Below the pieces are notes generated by a model. It was given only the letters and a program-made list of their open reading frames with translations, made no database searches and was not told where the DNA came from. A stretch of DNA of 64,000 nucleotides from Candidatus Micrarchaeota archaeon (lineage in GTDB: Archaea; Micrarchaeota; Micrarchaeia; Anstonellales; Bilamarchaeaceae), in NCBI GenBank assembly GCA_038046805.1, contig JBBSVO010000004.1:64001-128000 (forward strand). The letters are read 5' to 3'. Below, one piece after another: positions 10,107 through 19,987 of the stretch. The translations under genes and the position numbers were made by a program. Numbering within the stretch: the stretch's first letter is position 1; each line of letters starts with the position of its first letter.

Positions 10107-10661
10107 GTGGGCGAGGATAGAACAGACAAAGAAATATCCAAATTCAGGAGCGAAATAATAGAAAGATTCATCTCAATAGAGCAGCTTGTCGATATCATAA
10201 TCTCATACCACTATTTCGGATATCTTAATCTTGATTTTGTATCCCAGGTATTATATGATGACAGTACTAATTTTGGATTGAAATGCAGGATAATTGAAAA
10301 AACGACCAATGCGGACAAACAGAAAATAAAGGACTTATATAGACTGAACAAAATAAGGAATATATTCGCGCACAGCAACCATGCGATGCTTGGAAATGGC
10401 GGGGGAAAGGAAGGAAATGAAGGTGAAGAGATATTCTACAATCCGCGCTCCATTGGAGAAAAAATGGATTTCGTGAAATTGCATGAAGAATTCACGAAAA
10501 AGGCGAATGATGCACTCCCATATCTGCTTGAATTATTAAAGAGCAAAGAAAACGAGGTTCCGGTTTCTCTAAGGGTTTTCAAGGATGATTTTCGGAAGCA
10601 ATTATTTGAGATGATTAAAAGGGGGAGGCCTCAAATCTCCGAAGTTGAAACCAAAGAGTAA
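10107..10661 (+). CDS. Hypothetical protein with HEPN-like RxxxxH motif
   Basis: Helical 184-aa ORF with LNKIRNIFAH; abuts the dnaJ stop. Confidence 0.6.
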   Translation: MGEDRTDKEISKFRSEIIERFISIEQLVDIIISYHYFGYLNLDFVSQVLYDDSTNFGLKCRIIEKTTNADKQKIKDLYRLNKIRNIFAHSNHAMLGNGGGKEGNEGEEIFYNPRSIGEKMDFVKLHEEFTKKANDALPYLLELLKSKENEVPVSLRVFKDDFRKQLFEMIKRGRPQISEVETKE

Positions 10662-10665
10662 AAAA

Positions 10666-11978
10666 TCATTTTTTTCTTAGAGTTCTTCCGATTTTATCTC
10701 GTTCAAGTATGGTTTCTGCCACTTCTGGTTCAAAATGCGCAAGCATTAATTCGAATTTTCTTTCTCCTGCAAAATATCGGTACATATGATGGACTACGGA
10801 ATCACTTACAAGCTGATTTAGGTCTGTTTCCTTATCCCATCTCCTCAACGCATCCAATATGGCAATCATGAACTCCTGTTTGATATCATCATAATCCGGT
10901 TCTGCGAAACATTTCTATTGGCAAAGTGAATGTTCTTATAATCGGAGAGTGTGCGCGATTGAAAAAGAAGTGTTCAAAATACTGAGTTACAAACATACTT
11001 TCCTCTGCTTTGCTCAGTAATCTAAGCTCTGGTAGACGAAGAATTGAAATTCGCTCAAACGGTGTTTCTATCTTTTCCTTTCTGGATTCCCATGCCCTTC
11101 TGGCAATTTCAGTTCTCAATTCCGAGCTTAGTTTAGCCCATCGTTTTCGTATTATTTCGCTTCTTTGTTCGGAGGTCTTTCCTTCCCAGATTTGCCAAAT
11201 TGCCCCCCCCTCTCTGCTCTAAATCAGCAGTTCTCTTTCGTGCTATTTGTTTTCTTTGCCCAGTAGTTTTGTCCTTCCACATCGCCCTGCTTCGCCTGCT
11301 TCGTTCTGCATCTTTTTGAAATGACCTGGCTTTCCTTAAAATTTCTTTTCGTTCTTCATGGCTTTTCTTTGCCCAAAATTGCGAAAGTGCTCTTCTCCTC
11401 TTTACGCGGGTTTTCTCGGCCCGTTTGGCAATTCTTATCCTCCTTTTAGGGGCAATTCTTTTTTCTCTCTTTCTCGCAATCTCGCTCCTTTTTTCAGCAC
11501 CTTTTTGCTGTTCTCGTTTTATTGCGGCATCACTTCTTTCTTCGTTATTTTCCCTCAATGCTATCTGCCAGATTGCAGTTCCTCTTCTTTCTCTTTCCCT
11601 ATTGCAGTCTATGGATATTTTCTTTCTTTGCTCCGAGGTCATTGCGGCAGTTATTTGCACTGTTGTTTTTCCGATTCGTTTTCTTGTTTCCTCTGCTCGT
11701 TGTACAATTTCTCGCAGGTCTTCGGAATTTTTAACTCTTTGACGATAAGACCACAGTTGATTGTCTACTACTTTGCTAGCTTCTTCTGGAGTTAGGTTCT
11801 TTACTTCGCCCCGGGGAAAGTATGCTGCCATGTATTCTTTAGTAGTATCCTGGCCGAGTCCATGCTTGAAAAACATTTCCTGAGCAATACGCTTCCTCGC
11901 TCTGCCTTTTTTCAATTCTGTGGCTAATTTTAATGCGTGAACAGGTAAAAAACGAACATATTTTCTTTTAGGTTGCAT
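10666..11978 (-). pseudogene. Arg/Lys-rich repeat protein split into three ORFs by frameshifts (one at a G8 run)
   Basis: Removing one G from 11203-11210 joins 11133..11978 to 10889..11119 and restores the repeat pattern (EQRSEIIRKRW, ELRTEIARRAW); the third piece 10666..10869 needs another shift. Confidence 0.6.
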
Positions 11979-12355
11979 AAAAATCAGTGACTGCTATATG
12001 TCAGGACAAAACCTCAAACCCGCAACCGAAAACTTAACCTGCTCGCACCCTCGGCCCCCCGCATTTTGGATTGTTTCGCGTTTTGAGTTTCGTGTTTTGC
12101 GTCTTGTTTTCGATTCCGAGACGCTGAACTTCAAGACTCGAAACGCAACTTCGCCAAGCGGGTGCTCTGCTATTGCTTACCCAGTTGACTTGTGATTCTC
12201 CAGGGCTTTTACGCTGGAGCGCTTTTGCCCTTATAAAACAGAAGTCAAAAGGGCCCTGAGCTACGAGCCCTAAGCAAAATAAAATTTGGACTCGGAGGGA
12301 TTTGCGAATAATTGGTTTCTGGCCTGCAGCCACTAGCTAGTATCCAGTAGCTTAA

Positions 12356-12580
12356 CTATGACGGAGATATGTAAATTACACTGTCTCCACGCAACAGAAT
12401 TGTTCCCATTCCGCGCTTTACTTCGCCATTTATTATTTGCTCTGCATTATCAAGCACTATATTCATGTGAACATCATAAGCAGCCATTACCCCGCGGAAT
12501 TCTACTCCGCCTTTAAGGCCGATAACTACCGTATTGTTCAACGAACCGTTCAATACATCAAATGGTCTTTTTTCTGGCAT
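12356..12580 (-). CDS. Archaeal Sm/Lsm RNA-binding protein
   Basis: RPFDVL...FRGVMAAYDVHMNIVL...ILLRGDSVIYISP. Confidence 0.95.
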   Translation of the reverse strand: MPEKRPFDVLNGSLNNTVVIGLKGGVEFRGVMAAYDVHMNIVLDNAEQIINGEVKRGMGTILLRGDSVIYISPS

Positions 12581-12646
12581 AAATTTTCACCTCTATAAAA
12601 AACTAAAATCTAAACAGATTAAGAACACGACTGAATTTAAAGGTTA

Positions 12647-12670
12647 TCTTTCACACTCCCAGGGTTCGCG
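12647..12670 (+). repeat. Solo end of the IS200/IS605-like palindromic element found in carB
   Basis: TCTTTCACACTCCCAGGGTTCGCG matches the reverse complement of 35894-35917 at 23/24. Confidence 0.75.
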
Positions 12671-12682
12671 ACAGATATTATA

Positions 12683-13486
12683 TCACCCCTTTGGCTTCCT
12701 GCCTTTGACCTTTGGAGGTTTTATATCTGGGTATTCCTTGCATAACATCTCCGGATTCGCATATGGTTTATACCCTATAGTCTCCATTACGCGAAGTAAA
12801 AGAAATGCATCCTGAAATTGGTTTCCACTTAGACTTATCTGCTTCAGAACTTCGATAACATTAGTATACGATTTCCGCTTTCCTGTACAGAGTTTCAAAA
12901 CATCTACACTCGGATTTGATGCCCCTGCAAATTGGAAAACTTTAGGAACAAGAGAAAAAACAATTCCGGAAAGTATGCCAGAAACCTCCCACCCCTCAGT
13001 TTTCTGATTAATACTAAGCTTCTTTATCACAGCCCAGTCCTTGTAATGCCCTATAAAAACGATCTGGTCTTCTGATTTTTCTTCTTTTGGCTTAAATGCA
13101 CTTTTGAACATTGAAGGAGTGAGAAAACAAGCAACACCCGCTGATTTGAAAAGCTCTAAAAAGAAACAGCACTCCGCGGCAGGCAAAAGAGTATTTTTAC
13201 CTGCTGCATCAATCAAGGCTGCCCTTAATTCGGATGGTTTTTTTGACTCCAGGAACGAAATGACTGCCGGAAGTCCGCTTCCGTTCAGTTTTATAAAATC
13301 CCGAACTTTTTTAGTATCTATTCCAGAAAAATCAAATGCTGGCTCGTTTATGGAATTTAGAATATCCGCGAGCGCAAATGCTACATCGGTTTCTGAAGCA
13401 CCCCTGAGGGAATAATATATTCCTCTCTTAAAACCCCTAAATTCACCGGAGAATAGAATCTCGTCATTGATTTCCATGGGGTTCAA
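12683..13486 (-). CDS. Conserved archaeal hypothetical protein (DUF2666-like, internally duplicated)
   Basis: Two similar segments, DEILFSGEFRGF and EDQIVFIGHYKDWAVIKKL. Confidence 0.55.
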   Translation of the reverse strand: MNPMEINDEILFSGEFRGFKRGIYYSLRGASETDVAFALADILNSINEPAFDFSGIDTKKVRDFIKLNGSGLPAVISFLESKKPSELRAALIDAAGKNTLLPAAECCFFLELFKSAGVACFLTPSMFKSAFKPKEEKSEDQIVFIGHYKDWAVIKKLSINQKTEGWEVSGILSGIVFSLVPKVFQFAGASNPSVDVLKLCTGKRKSYTNVIEVLKQISLSGNQFQDAFLLLRVMETIGYKPYANPEMLCKEYPDIKPPKVKGRKPKG

Positions 13487-13537
13487 TTAAACATAAGTAT
13501 TTTAATTGCTTTCCGGCACAAGAACCGAGTATAGATT

Positions 13538-13802
13538 GCTCCTGTAGCTCAGTGAAAGTCTCGGGTCTTGTCTTATGGTCTTGTGTCTCGGTCGCGAGTT
13601 TCGAAACACGACCAAGTGAACGTCGCAACGTTCACGGGTCCATGGAACAAATACTTCGTTCCATCGGAGACGCGGAACACAAGACACGAAACTTCTGTAT
13701 GTAGAGCGCGTGCTTGGTAAGAACCCTTTTTGCGCGGCAAAAAGCGTTTCATCGGAAAACCTAATAAGCACGAGGTCGCGAGTTCAATTCTCGTCGGGGG
13801 CT
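13538..13802 (+). tRNA. tRNA-Thr(GGT) with two introns: exons 13538-13554, 13701-13719, 13767-13802
   Basis: Spliced exons give acceptor GCTCCTG/CGGGGGC, D arm GCTC-AGTGGTA-GAGC, anticodon arm CGTGC-TTGGTAA-GCACG, T loop TTCAATT; canonical 37/38 BHB (TTGG/CTAA). Confidence 0.88.
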
Positions 13803-13950
13803 TTTTACTTCTTCTTATTAGCCCGCATATATACGCTGCCATGTTTGGCGACAAACATGGCTTCCGGGTTGTAATTTGCTGCTTTTAGGCCAACCTAGCG
13901 TCGAAATAGTACAACATCTTGCATGAATAAATAAATGGAGTGGATGCGAG

Positions 13951-15159
13951 ATGACAACTATGAAATACGATCCGCATAATTTCGGCGGTTTGGTGGAAGG
14001 AATGGTGGCGAAGCTCAAAGCAAACGAATACGGGGTTTCTGATGAAAACACGAAAATCATCCTGGACTTCTATTTGGATCTGAGAAGTCAAGGTTTTACG
14101 GATTCGAGGATATGCAAGCATCTGACGATGTTGCGTCTTATCGCCAGAAGGATCACGAAGCCTTTTGATAAACTGACAAAGGAAGATATCAAGCAGTTCG
14201 TGATCGATATCGAATCAGCTAATTATTCAGATTGGACAAAGCACGACTACAAGGTCTCCATCAGATCTCTTTTCAGATGGCTCAAGGGAAATAACGAAAC
14301 CTATCCGGATGAAGTGGACTGGATAAGGGTACACGTCAAGGAAAGGCACAAACTGCCAGAAGAACTGCTTACGGAAGACGAAATGAAGCGAATGGTTGCT
14401 GCATCATCTGAACCAAGGGACAGGGCGCTTGTACAATGTCTTTACGAAACTGGATGTCGAATAAGCGAGCTCCTTACTGTGCAGCTCAAGAACTTGAGTT
14501 TTGACGATTATGGAGCAGTAATACGGGTAACTGGAAAGAGCGGAACAAGGCGAGTGAGGGTAATAGCATGCGTTCAAGCAATTGCAACCTGGTTAGAGCT
14601 TCATCCATGCAAGGATAATCCGGATGCCTATCTTTTTGTTAGGAAATACCAACGAAAAGAAAATCCTGTTCCGTTCAGGTACGAATATGCAGCAAAAATC
14701 ATAAGCACTCTGGCGGATGCTGCGGGAATTAAGAAAAGAGTACACCCTCATTTGTTTCGTCATTCCAGGGCAACAGCGTTGGCCAATAAATTGACCGAAG
14801 CTCAGATGAAGGAGTATTTCGGATGGACGCAGGGAAGCGATATGGCAAGCATTTACGTGCACCTTAGCGGTCGTGATGTTGACGATGCTATTCTTGGGCT
14901 TTACGGTTACAGGAGCGGAAATAAGGAGATTGCAAAGCTTCTAACCTGCCCACGGTGCAACCTCAACAATTCCCCTGGTTCAAAATTCTGCTCAAAATGC
15001 GGGTATACTTTTGATCTTGATCTAGCTATGCAGTTAGAGAAAGAGGATCAGGAATCGATAAATCTTGCTAAACAAATGGTCAAGGACCCAGAAATGCGTG
15101 AGCTCATGTTCAAGAAGATGCTTGAAAACAAGATAGGTTCGTCCAGGGTGCGAATATGA
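13951..15159 (+). CDS. Tyrosine recombinase/integrase with C-terminal double zinc ribbon
   Basis: ETGCRISE, HPHLFRHS, FGW...MASIYVHL; CPRC...CSKC. Confidence 0.95.
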   Translation: MTTMKYDPHNFGGLVEGMVAKLKANEYGVSDENTKIILDFYLDLRSQGFTDSRICKHLTMLRLIARRITKPFDKLTKEDIKQFVIDIESANYSDWTKHDYKVSIRSLFRWLKGNNETYPDEVDWIRVHVKERHKLPEELLTEDEMKRMVAASSEPRDRALVQCLYETGCRISELLTVQLKNLSFDDYGAVIRVTGKSGTRRVRVIACVQAIATWLELHPCKDNPDAYLFVRKYQRKENPVPFRYEYAAKIISTLADAAGIKKRVHPHLFRHSRATALANKLTEAQMKEYFGWTQGSDMASIYVHLSGRDVDDAILGLYGYRSGNKEIAKLLTCPRCNLNNSPGSKFCSKCGYTFDLDLAMQLEKEDQESINLAKQMVKDPEMRELMFKKMLENKIGSSRVRI

Positions 15160-15227
15160 TCATTAAAACTACCTCCGAAGATAGCTTTATATACTTTGGG
15201 GGTAGATAATACCCTTGTGAGGATATT

Positions 15228-16007
15228 ATGCGTACCAAAAAAATAATGCTCGGAAGCATGGAATTTTCTTTGTTGTCCAGCCTGGAGCATGACAAATTGT
15301 CTGTGTTTAGCTTTTCTGATGCCTACAAAAGGGCATCCACTACGAGGCAAGTAGTCAGGAAAGTGCTGAGCAGATTGGTAAAAAAAGGCAGGATAAAACG
15401 CATAAAAAAAGGGTATTATCTGCTTATTCCACTCAGATTCAAAGAATGGGGTGAGCATGAATTCTCGTTGGTTCCTTTCCTGGCTAAAGAGTACTATATA
15501 TCTTTCTGGTCTGCGCTGAGCTTCTGGTCATTAACTGAACAGATGCCGAGGCAGGTCTACGTTGCCGTGAAATTCCACGTGAAAGACAGGCCGTTCGAAG
15601 AGGTCAATTACAAATTTGTCAAACTCTCAAAAAGATATTTTTTTGGTTTTGTAGAAACTGAGATCCAAGGAAGGAAGATAAATATTGCTTCAAAGGAAAA
15701 GGCAATTCTTGATGGACTTTTACATCCGGAATATTGCGGTGGACTTGGTGAAATAGCAAAGGCTATACGTGATTATCACAAAGATATTGATTGGAAGAAG
15801 ATGAAAGATTATCTAAAAAAAATGGATAATTCAGCAGTGGAAAGAAGGCTTTATTACGTGCTTAAATTCCTTAAGATCAAAAATGTTTTAGGGAATAAAA
15901 TTTTTTTGGGTGTTAGACTCTTGGATCCGAACAAGTCGAAAAATGGGCGATATGATTATTCGTTTGGGTTGCAGATCAACACTAATTTGGAAGAGGAGAT
16001 GCTATGA
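15228..16007 (+). CDS. Type IV TA antitoxin, AbiEi family
   Basis: N-terminal wHTH (LVKKGRIKRIKKGYY), YISFWSALSFWSLTEQMP, EKAILD. Confidence 0.9.
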   Translation: MRTKKIMLGSMEFSLLSSLEHDKLSVFSFSDAYKRASTTRQVVRKVLSRLVKKGRIKRIKKGYYLLIPLRFKEWGEHEFSLVPFLAKEYYISFWSALSFWSLTEQMPRQVYVAVKFHVKDRPFEEVNYKFVKLSKRYFFGFVETEIQGRKINIASKEKAILDGLLHPEYCGGLGEIAKAIRDYHKDIDWKKMKDYLKKMDNSAVERRLYYVLKFLKIKNVLGNKIFLGVRLLDPNKSKNGRYDYSFGLQINTNLEEEML

Positions 16008-16798
16008 ATAAGATTGATGTGGAAATATTACAGGAGTATGCGATAGAACAGGGAAAACTGCCAGTAGGTCTTGTAGAAAAGGATTATGTTCTATCTGTTT
16101 TGTTGGCTTATCTCTCAAAATTACCAGAAGCAGAACAGATGATTTTCAAGGGCGGTACTGCTTTAAGAAAAATCTATTTTCCAGATTATCGTCTTTCAGC
16201 TGATCTTGATTTTAGTGTTAGTGTAGATAATCGCACTTCATTGAAGAAATCAATTGAGAAACTGCAGAATAAAGAACTTGAAGGAGTCAAATTTCTCAAA
16301 CTATCTGATAAGACGTTGAAAGGAACGAATAACCTGAGTCTTGCTCTCCAATACCAAAGCAGCGTTGCAATGGTTGGAGGCAGGGAGCACATTGATAATG
16401 TGAAAATGGACTTCAACTTTGACAATAAAGTTTATCTCAAGCCAGATAAGAAGAGAATTATTGCACCTGGCGTATATTCAATTGCAGATAGCGAGATGTA
16501 TGCGATGCAGCTTGAGGAAGTTGTTTGTGAGAAAATCCATGCGATCTACAAAAGACCAAAGCCTAGAGATCTTTACGATTTGTGGTATCTGCTTGGCAAA
16601 GGAGTCAAACCTGACATCCATTTAATCAACAGAAAACTCGAACCGTTGAAAGTAAAATTCAACATGGAAGAATTCGCAAAGCATGTGGAAAAATTACGGG
16701 TCGGGTGGGCAAAAGATATGCTTGGACTTCTTCCTAAAGTTCCGGTATTTGATCCGATTGCGGAATATGTATTAACAGACATGAAAAAAATTCGCTAA
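16004..16798 (+). CDS. Type IV TA toxin, AbiEii nucleotidyltransferase
   Basis: VEKDY, FKGGTAL, RLSADLDF, EKIHA, PRDLYDL. Confidence 0.92.
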   Translation: MNKIDVEILQEYAIEQGKLPVGLVEKDYVLSVLLAYLSKLPEAEQMIFKGGTALRKIYFPDYRLSADLDFSVSVDNRTSLKKSIEKLQNKELEGVKFLKLSDKTLKGTNNLSLALQYQSSVAMVGGREHIDNVKMDFNFDNKVYLKPDKKRIIAPGVYSIADSEMYAMQLEEVVCEKIHAIYKRPKPRDLYDLWYLLGKGVKPDIHLINRKLEPLKVKFNMEEFAKHVEKLRVGWAKDMLGLLPKVPVFDPIAEYVLTDMKKIR

Positions 16799-17011
16799 GA
16801 TCGGAACATACTCAATCATACTCAAAAAAGTTGTTATGTTTGAGTAATTCAAATATCTAGAAAAATAACCGATCATACCATTCTTTTGTTATTATTCGTT
16901 ATTTTGCCGTAAAATTTAGGGGTTAAATTTCACATCAATACCGTCCCCTAAAAATCAAGGGATTTTTAGTCGTAAACACTACTCTTTTTCTTCCTCCTAA
17001 TTGGGTCCATA

Positions 17012-17905
17012 TCATGTATCTCTGACCGAAAATTTGGTCAGGGTTTCTTTTAGCGTGCTTCTGCTAATTACAGTTCCGTATTTGGAATATAGATATTTGA
17101 GTGATTTCTTTGTAACAAAAATATAGCTAATTTCGTATTCGTCTTTGTATCTAGCGAACTTAGTGCGAATAAAATTTGGATGCTTTTTCAAATTCTTTCC
17201 AGTTTCAACATCAAAACAATATTTTTTGTTTTCGAACTCAAAGACTACATCCGGACCGTTATTTACGTTCATTATCGGTCTGATTCCTAGCATTTTGAGT
17301 TCGTTTTCGATTAAATAACAAAAGAATGCGTGCTCTTTGCTTTCGTTATATCTCGATTTAATCCAGTAATAAGCAGCTCCGGATTTTCCAAATGGGCTGA
17401 TTTTGAGGCGTTTGTAGCCATTTGCCAGGAGAGACTCTTTCTTTTCAGCTGCTAAACCTTTTTCTAGATAGAGATTTTCGTTTTGGACTATCTTGACAGG
17501 TTCTTTAACTGTTTCTTTGGGTTTTTGAACTTTTTTTCGTGGTTTTGAAATTCTTGGCTTTGGATAGAACTCCGGATCAACCTCGTAAATTTCGGCTTCT
17601 ATTTCCTTAAGTTTTCTATCATCCGAGCACAGAAGTTTACAAAATCGATCCAATCTTTCCTCTTCTTGTTGCTGAATTTCTTTGCGTTTTTGTTGTATTC
17701 TTTCAAGCTCTTCAATATACCATTCTTTTTCTGAACCTGTTTTTCTTTCAAGTTCATATCTTGTCCAAAATTCGTCTTCAGTCATTTCAGAAACAATATT
17801 GTCAATATAATATTCTACCCAAATTGGAACCTTCCTGGTTCTTAGATATGTCTTCTGAGCTTCATGCGACATTATCTCCATCTCGGATACTGGTGTCAAT
17901 CCCAT
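17012..17905 (-). CDS. Hypothetical protein, possible PD-(D/E)xK-fold C-terminus
   Basis: GPDVVFE...YCFDVETG; lies inside the island. Confidence 0.55.
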   Translation of the reverse strand: MGLTPVSEMEIMSHEAQKTYLRTRKVPIWVEYYIDNIVSEMTEDEFWTRYELERKTGSEKEWYIEELERIQQKRKEIQQQEEERLDRFCKLLCSDDRKLKEIEAEIYEVDPEFYPKPRISKPRKKVQKPKETVKEPVKIVQNENLYLEKGLAAEKKESLLANGYKRLKISPFGKSGAAYYWIKSRYNESKEHAFFCYLIENELKMLGIRPIMNVNNGPDVVFEFENKKYCFDVETGKNLKKHPNFIRTKFARYKDEYEISYIFVTKKSLKYLYSKYGTVISRSTLKETLTKFSVRDT

Positions 17906-18266
17906 ATAACTTCAATTTCTGACGTATGGTGAATATTCTGAAATAGAGAGTTTCATATTCAACTGCTTTCTTCTTTATAGCATCATAGTTGTTCAATTTA
18001 TCGAGGCCATCGATGCAAACAAATCTACTAAGACTGGAGCCATTTTCTTTCATCTTGAATGGATTAAGCTTTAACATAACCCGTATTTGTTGTGCAATGC
18101 TTTCATAGTCCTCTGCAGTTTCGTTTAGTTCTCGAACGAGTTCTTTCCTTCTTTTGTACAGTTCTTCAAATTCAAGTAGGAGCTCGGCTTTCTTCTTACG
18201 ATCTAGATTTGGAGGAAAAAGCCAGTTTTGAAATTTTTGCAGTTTTTCTAGAACTACTTTTAACAT
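17862..18266 (-). CDS. Hypothetical coiled-coil protein
   Basis: 134-aa ORF overlapping the next gene by 44 bp (could be one frameshifted gene). Confidence 0.5.
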   Translation of the reverse strand: MLKVVLEKLQKFQNWLFPPNLDRKKKAELLLEFEELYKRRKELVRELNETAEDYESIAQQIRVMLKLNPFKMKENGSSLSRFVCIDGLDKLNNYDAIKKKAVEYETLYFRIFTIRQKLKLYGIDTSIRDGDNVA

Positions 18267-18319
18267 GACAATAATAATTAGCTCAAGTCGATTTAATCAT
18301 TCATGCAATATGTTGTATG

Positions 18320-19987
18320 CTACTCTACAATCTCAACAACTGCTTTCTGCTGTTTCTCGCTTGCTGTAACTCGTACTTTTTTATGAAAGATTAAAACTTT
18401 ACCACCATATACATGAGTAACAGTTTCTGGTCTGCCTAATCTTTCCCAATCAATGTCGACTCCAATCATGAAAATCTTTTTTGTTGTGTCCAACAGGCCT
18501 CCGAAATGGCCTTCGGGTGCATCGCGGTGGTTTGTCTTGCCAGAATACCCCGCAGTTTCAACAATTACTCGCGCATTACTTATATCCGCATATTCCAAAG
18601 GATTATCCTGAATAGATTTCGTAAGGTCTCCCACATAAACTACTACAAAATCCGCTAGATCTCTATTTAACTTTCTAAGCAGCCGTATGTCATCTTCTTT
18701 CTGAACAAATAGGATTGTATCGCTTTCGACCTCGCCGCTACCTTTCACATAACCGCTTCTGATTACCGTTTTCTCGGTTTCTGCTATTTCCTTTTCATCA
18801 TTCAGTTGTTTTTGATCTGCATCTGCTATTTGTAAAATCGCTACGTGAATTTGCCCCTCATTTTCCACTATGGCAAATTCAACATACTGTGGTTTTCCAG
18901 TCAATTGTTCCAACTTTTTCAATTTGACAAACAACCAATCAAGTTTGTTAAATGCAACTGTACCAAGTGCAATAGTAACATCATCAAAGTCTTTTTTAGT
19001 GACATATAAAAATTTCCCATCGGATAAATAATCAGTGAGTTTTCTGTAATGCAAACCGGCGCTTAAGCGCTCTTCTTCATCGTCTTGGATTTGAGATGGT
19101 GTGCGTTTGTCGCTTTCTTTTACTTTTATGCCATTTCCTTTCACCGCAGTGGTTGGTAAACCGGCTGCAAAAACGACATGACCTCCAGTATTATGAGAAG
19201 TATATCCAAAGCCGCCATATTTGGGTCCGAAACGAATTATGCCTTCACTATCGGTGTGTTTTTTGAATCTCTGCCCGAAAACAGGTTCGATGATAACTGC
19301 AACTCCACCTAGCAATCCAAGATCTTTTCTAAATACAATTGCCGATTCAGAAAACTCACTTATCATAACTGCTTTGATGGCCTTTACTAGGCCATCTAGA
19401 GTTTTAACTTCATTATTAAGGTTGATACAAAATTCGCTATCATAAATTCCTGTTCCCCTGCAATCACCATGTGCTGATGATCTTACCGCTAACGGAATTC
19501 CCCTAAAGTCCTTGTGAATCTGTTTCACAAGCCTCCGTAATACTTTCATTTCAGCTTCTTCGAACTGCCCCCCCCCGACTATCTTTTGGAGTTCTTCAGA
19601 AGAAGCTCCCCTTGTCAAAGCAGCGTTTAACCCGCATCGTTCTCTGAATGCATCAAAGAAACCCATTGCAAGAACAGTTCGTGGATTAACATCAAAACCA
19701 GCGCGTTCAATCGCCCATGTTTTTCGCATGAGCTCTTCAGCCTTGGCGCCAATAGAACCAGAACCAATGATCGTCCAGAACTTTTCAGTTAAAACAGAAA
19801 GCTGAGTTTCCCTAGCCTTAAGCAGATTAGCAACACATTGCCTGCCATTTGCTAAGGCAGTATCTGAAACGAGTGTCTGTGCCACGTAATAATAGTGCAA
19901 CCATTGGTTTTTAAAGTTACTTTTTGCGTAGAAATATGGTGACCTAAATTTTGAAATTTGCAAAACTATAAATACACCCTTATGCAA
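18320..19987 (-). CDS. PEP-synthase/PPDK N-terminal (ATP-grasp) domain protein; true start probably GTG near 19885
   Basis: PLAVRSSAHGD..GTGIYDS, VAVIIEPVFG, PQYVEFAI...ILQI. Confidence 0.7.
   Translation of the reverse strand: MHKGVFIVLQISKFRSPYFYAKSNFKNQWLHYYYVAQTLVSDTALANGRQCVANLLKARETQLSVLTEKFWTIIGSGSIGAKAEELMRKTWAIERAGFDVNPRTVLAMGFFDAFRERCGLNAALTRGASSEELQKIVGGGQFEEAEMKVLRRLVKQIHKDFRGIPLAVRSSAHGDCRGTGIYDSEFCINLNNEVKTLDGLVKAIKAVMISEFSESAIVFRKDLGLLGGVAVIIEPVFGQRFKKHTDSEGIIRFGPKYGGFGYTSHNTGGHVVFAAGLPTTAVKGNGIKVKESDKRTPSQIQDDEEERLSAGLHYRKLTDYLSDGKFLYVTKKDFDDVTIALGTVAFNKLDWLFVKLKKLEQLTGKPQYVEFAIVENEGQIHVAILQIADADQKQLNDEKEIAETEKTVIRSGYVKGSGEVESDTILFVQKEDDIRLLRKLNRDLADFVVVYVGDLTKSIQDNPLEYADISNARVIVETAGYSGKTNHRDAPEGHFGGLLDTTKKIFMIGVDIDWERLGRPETVTHVYGGKVLIFHKKVRVTASEKQQKAVVEIVE

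Noticed and set aside
12158..12275. TPP or c-di-GMP riboswitch, SRP RNA, or an L37e gene after Sm
   Set aside because: Core consensus motifs are absent and there is no L37e zinc-finger ORF
13502..13854. Short minus-strand ORFs
   Set aside because: They overlap the intron-containing tRNA gene
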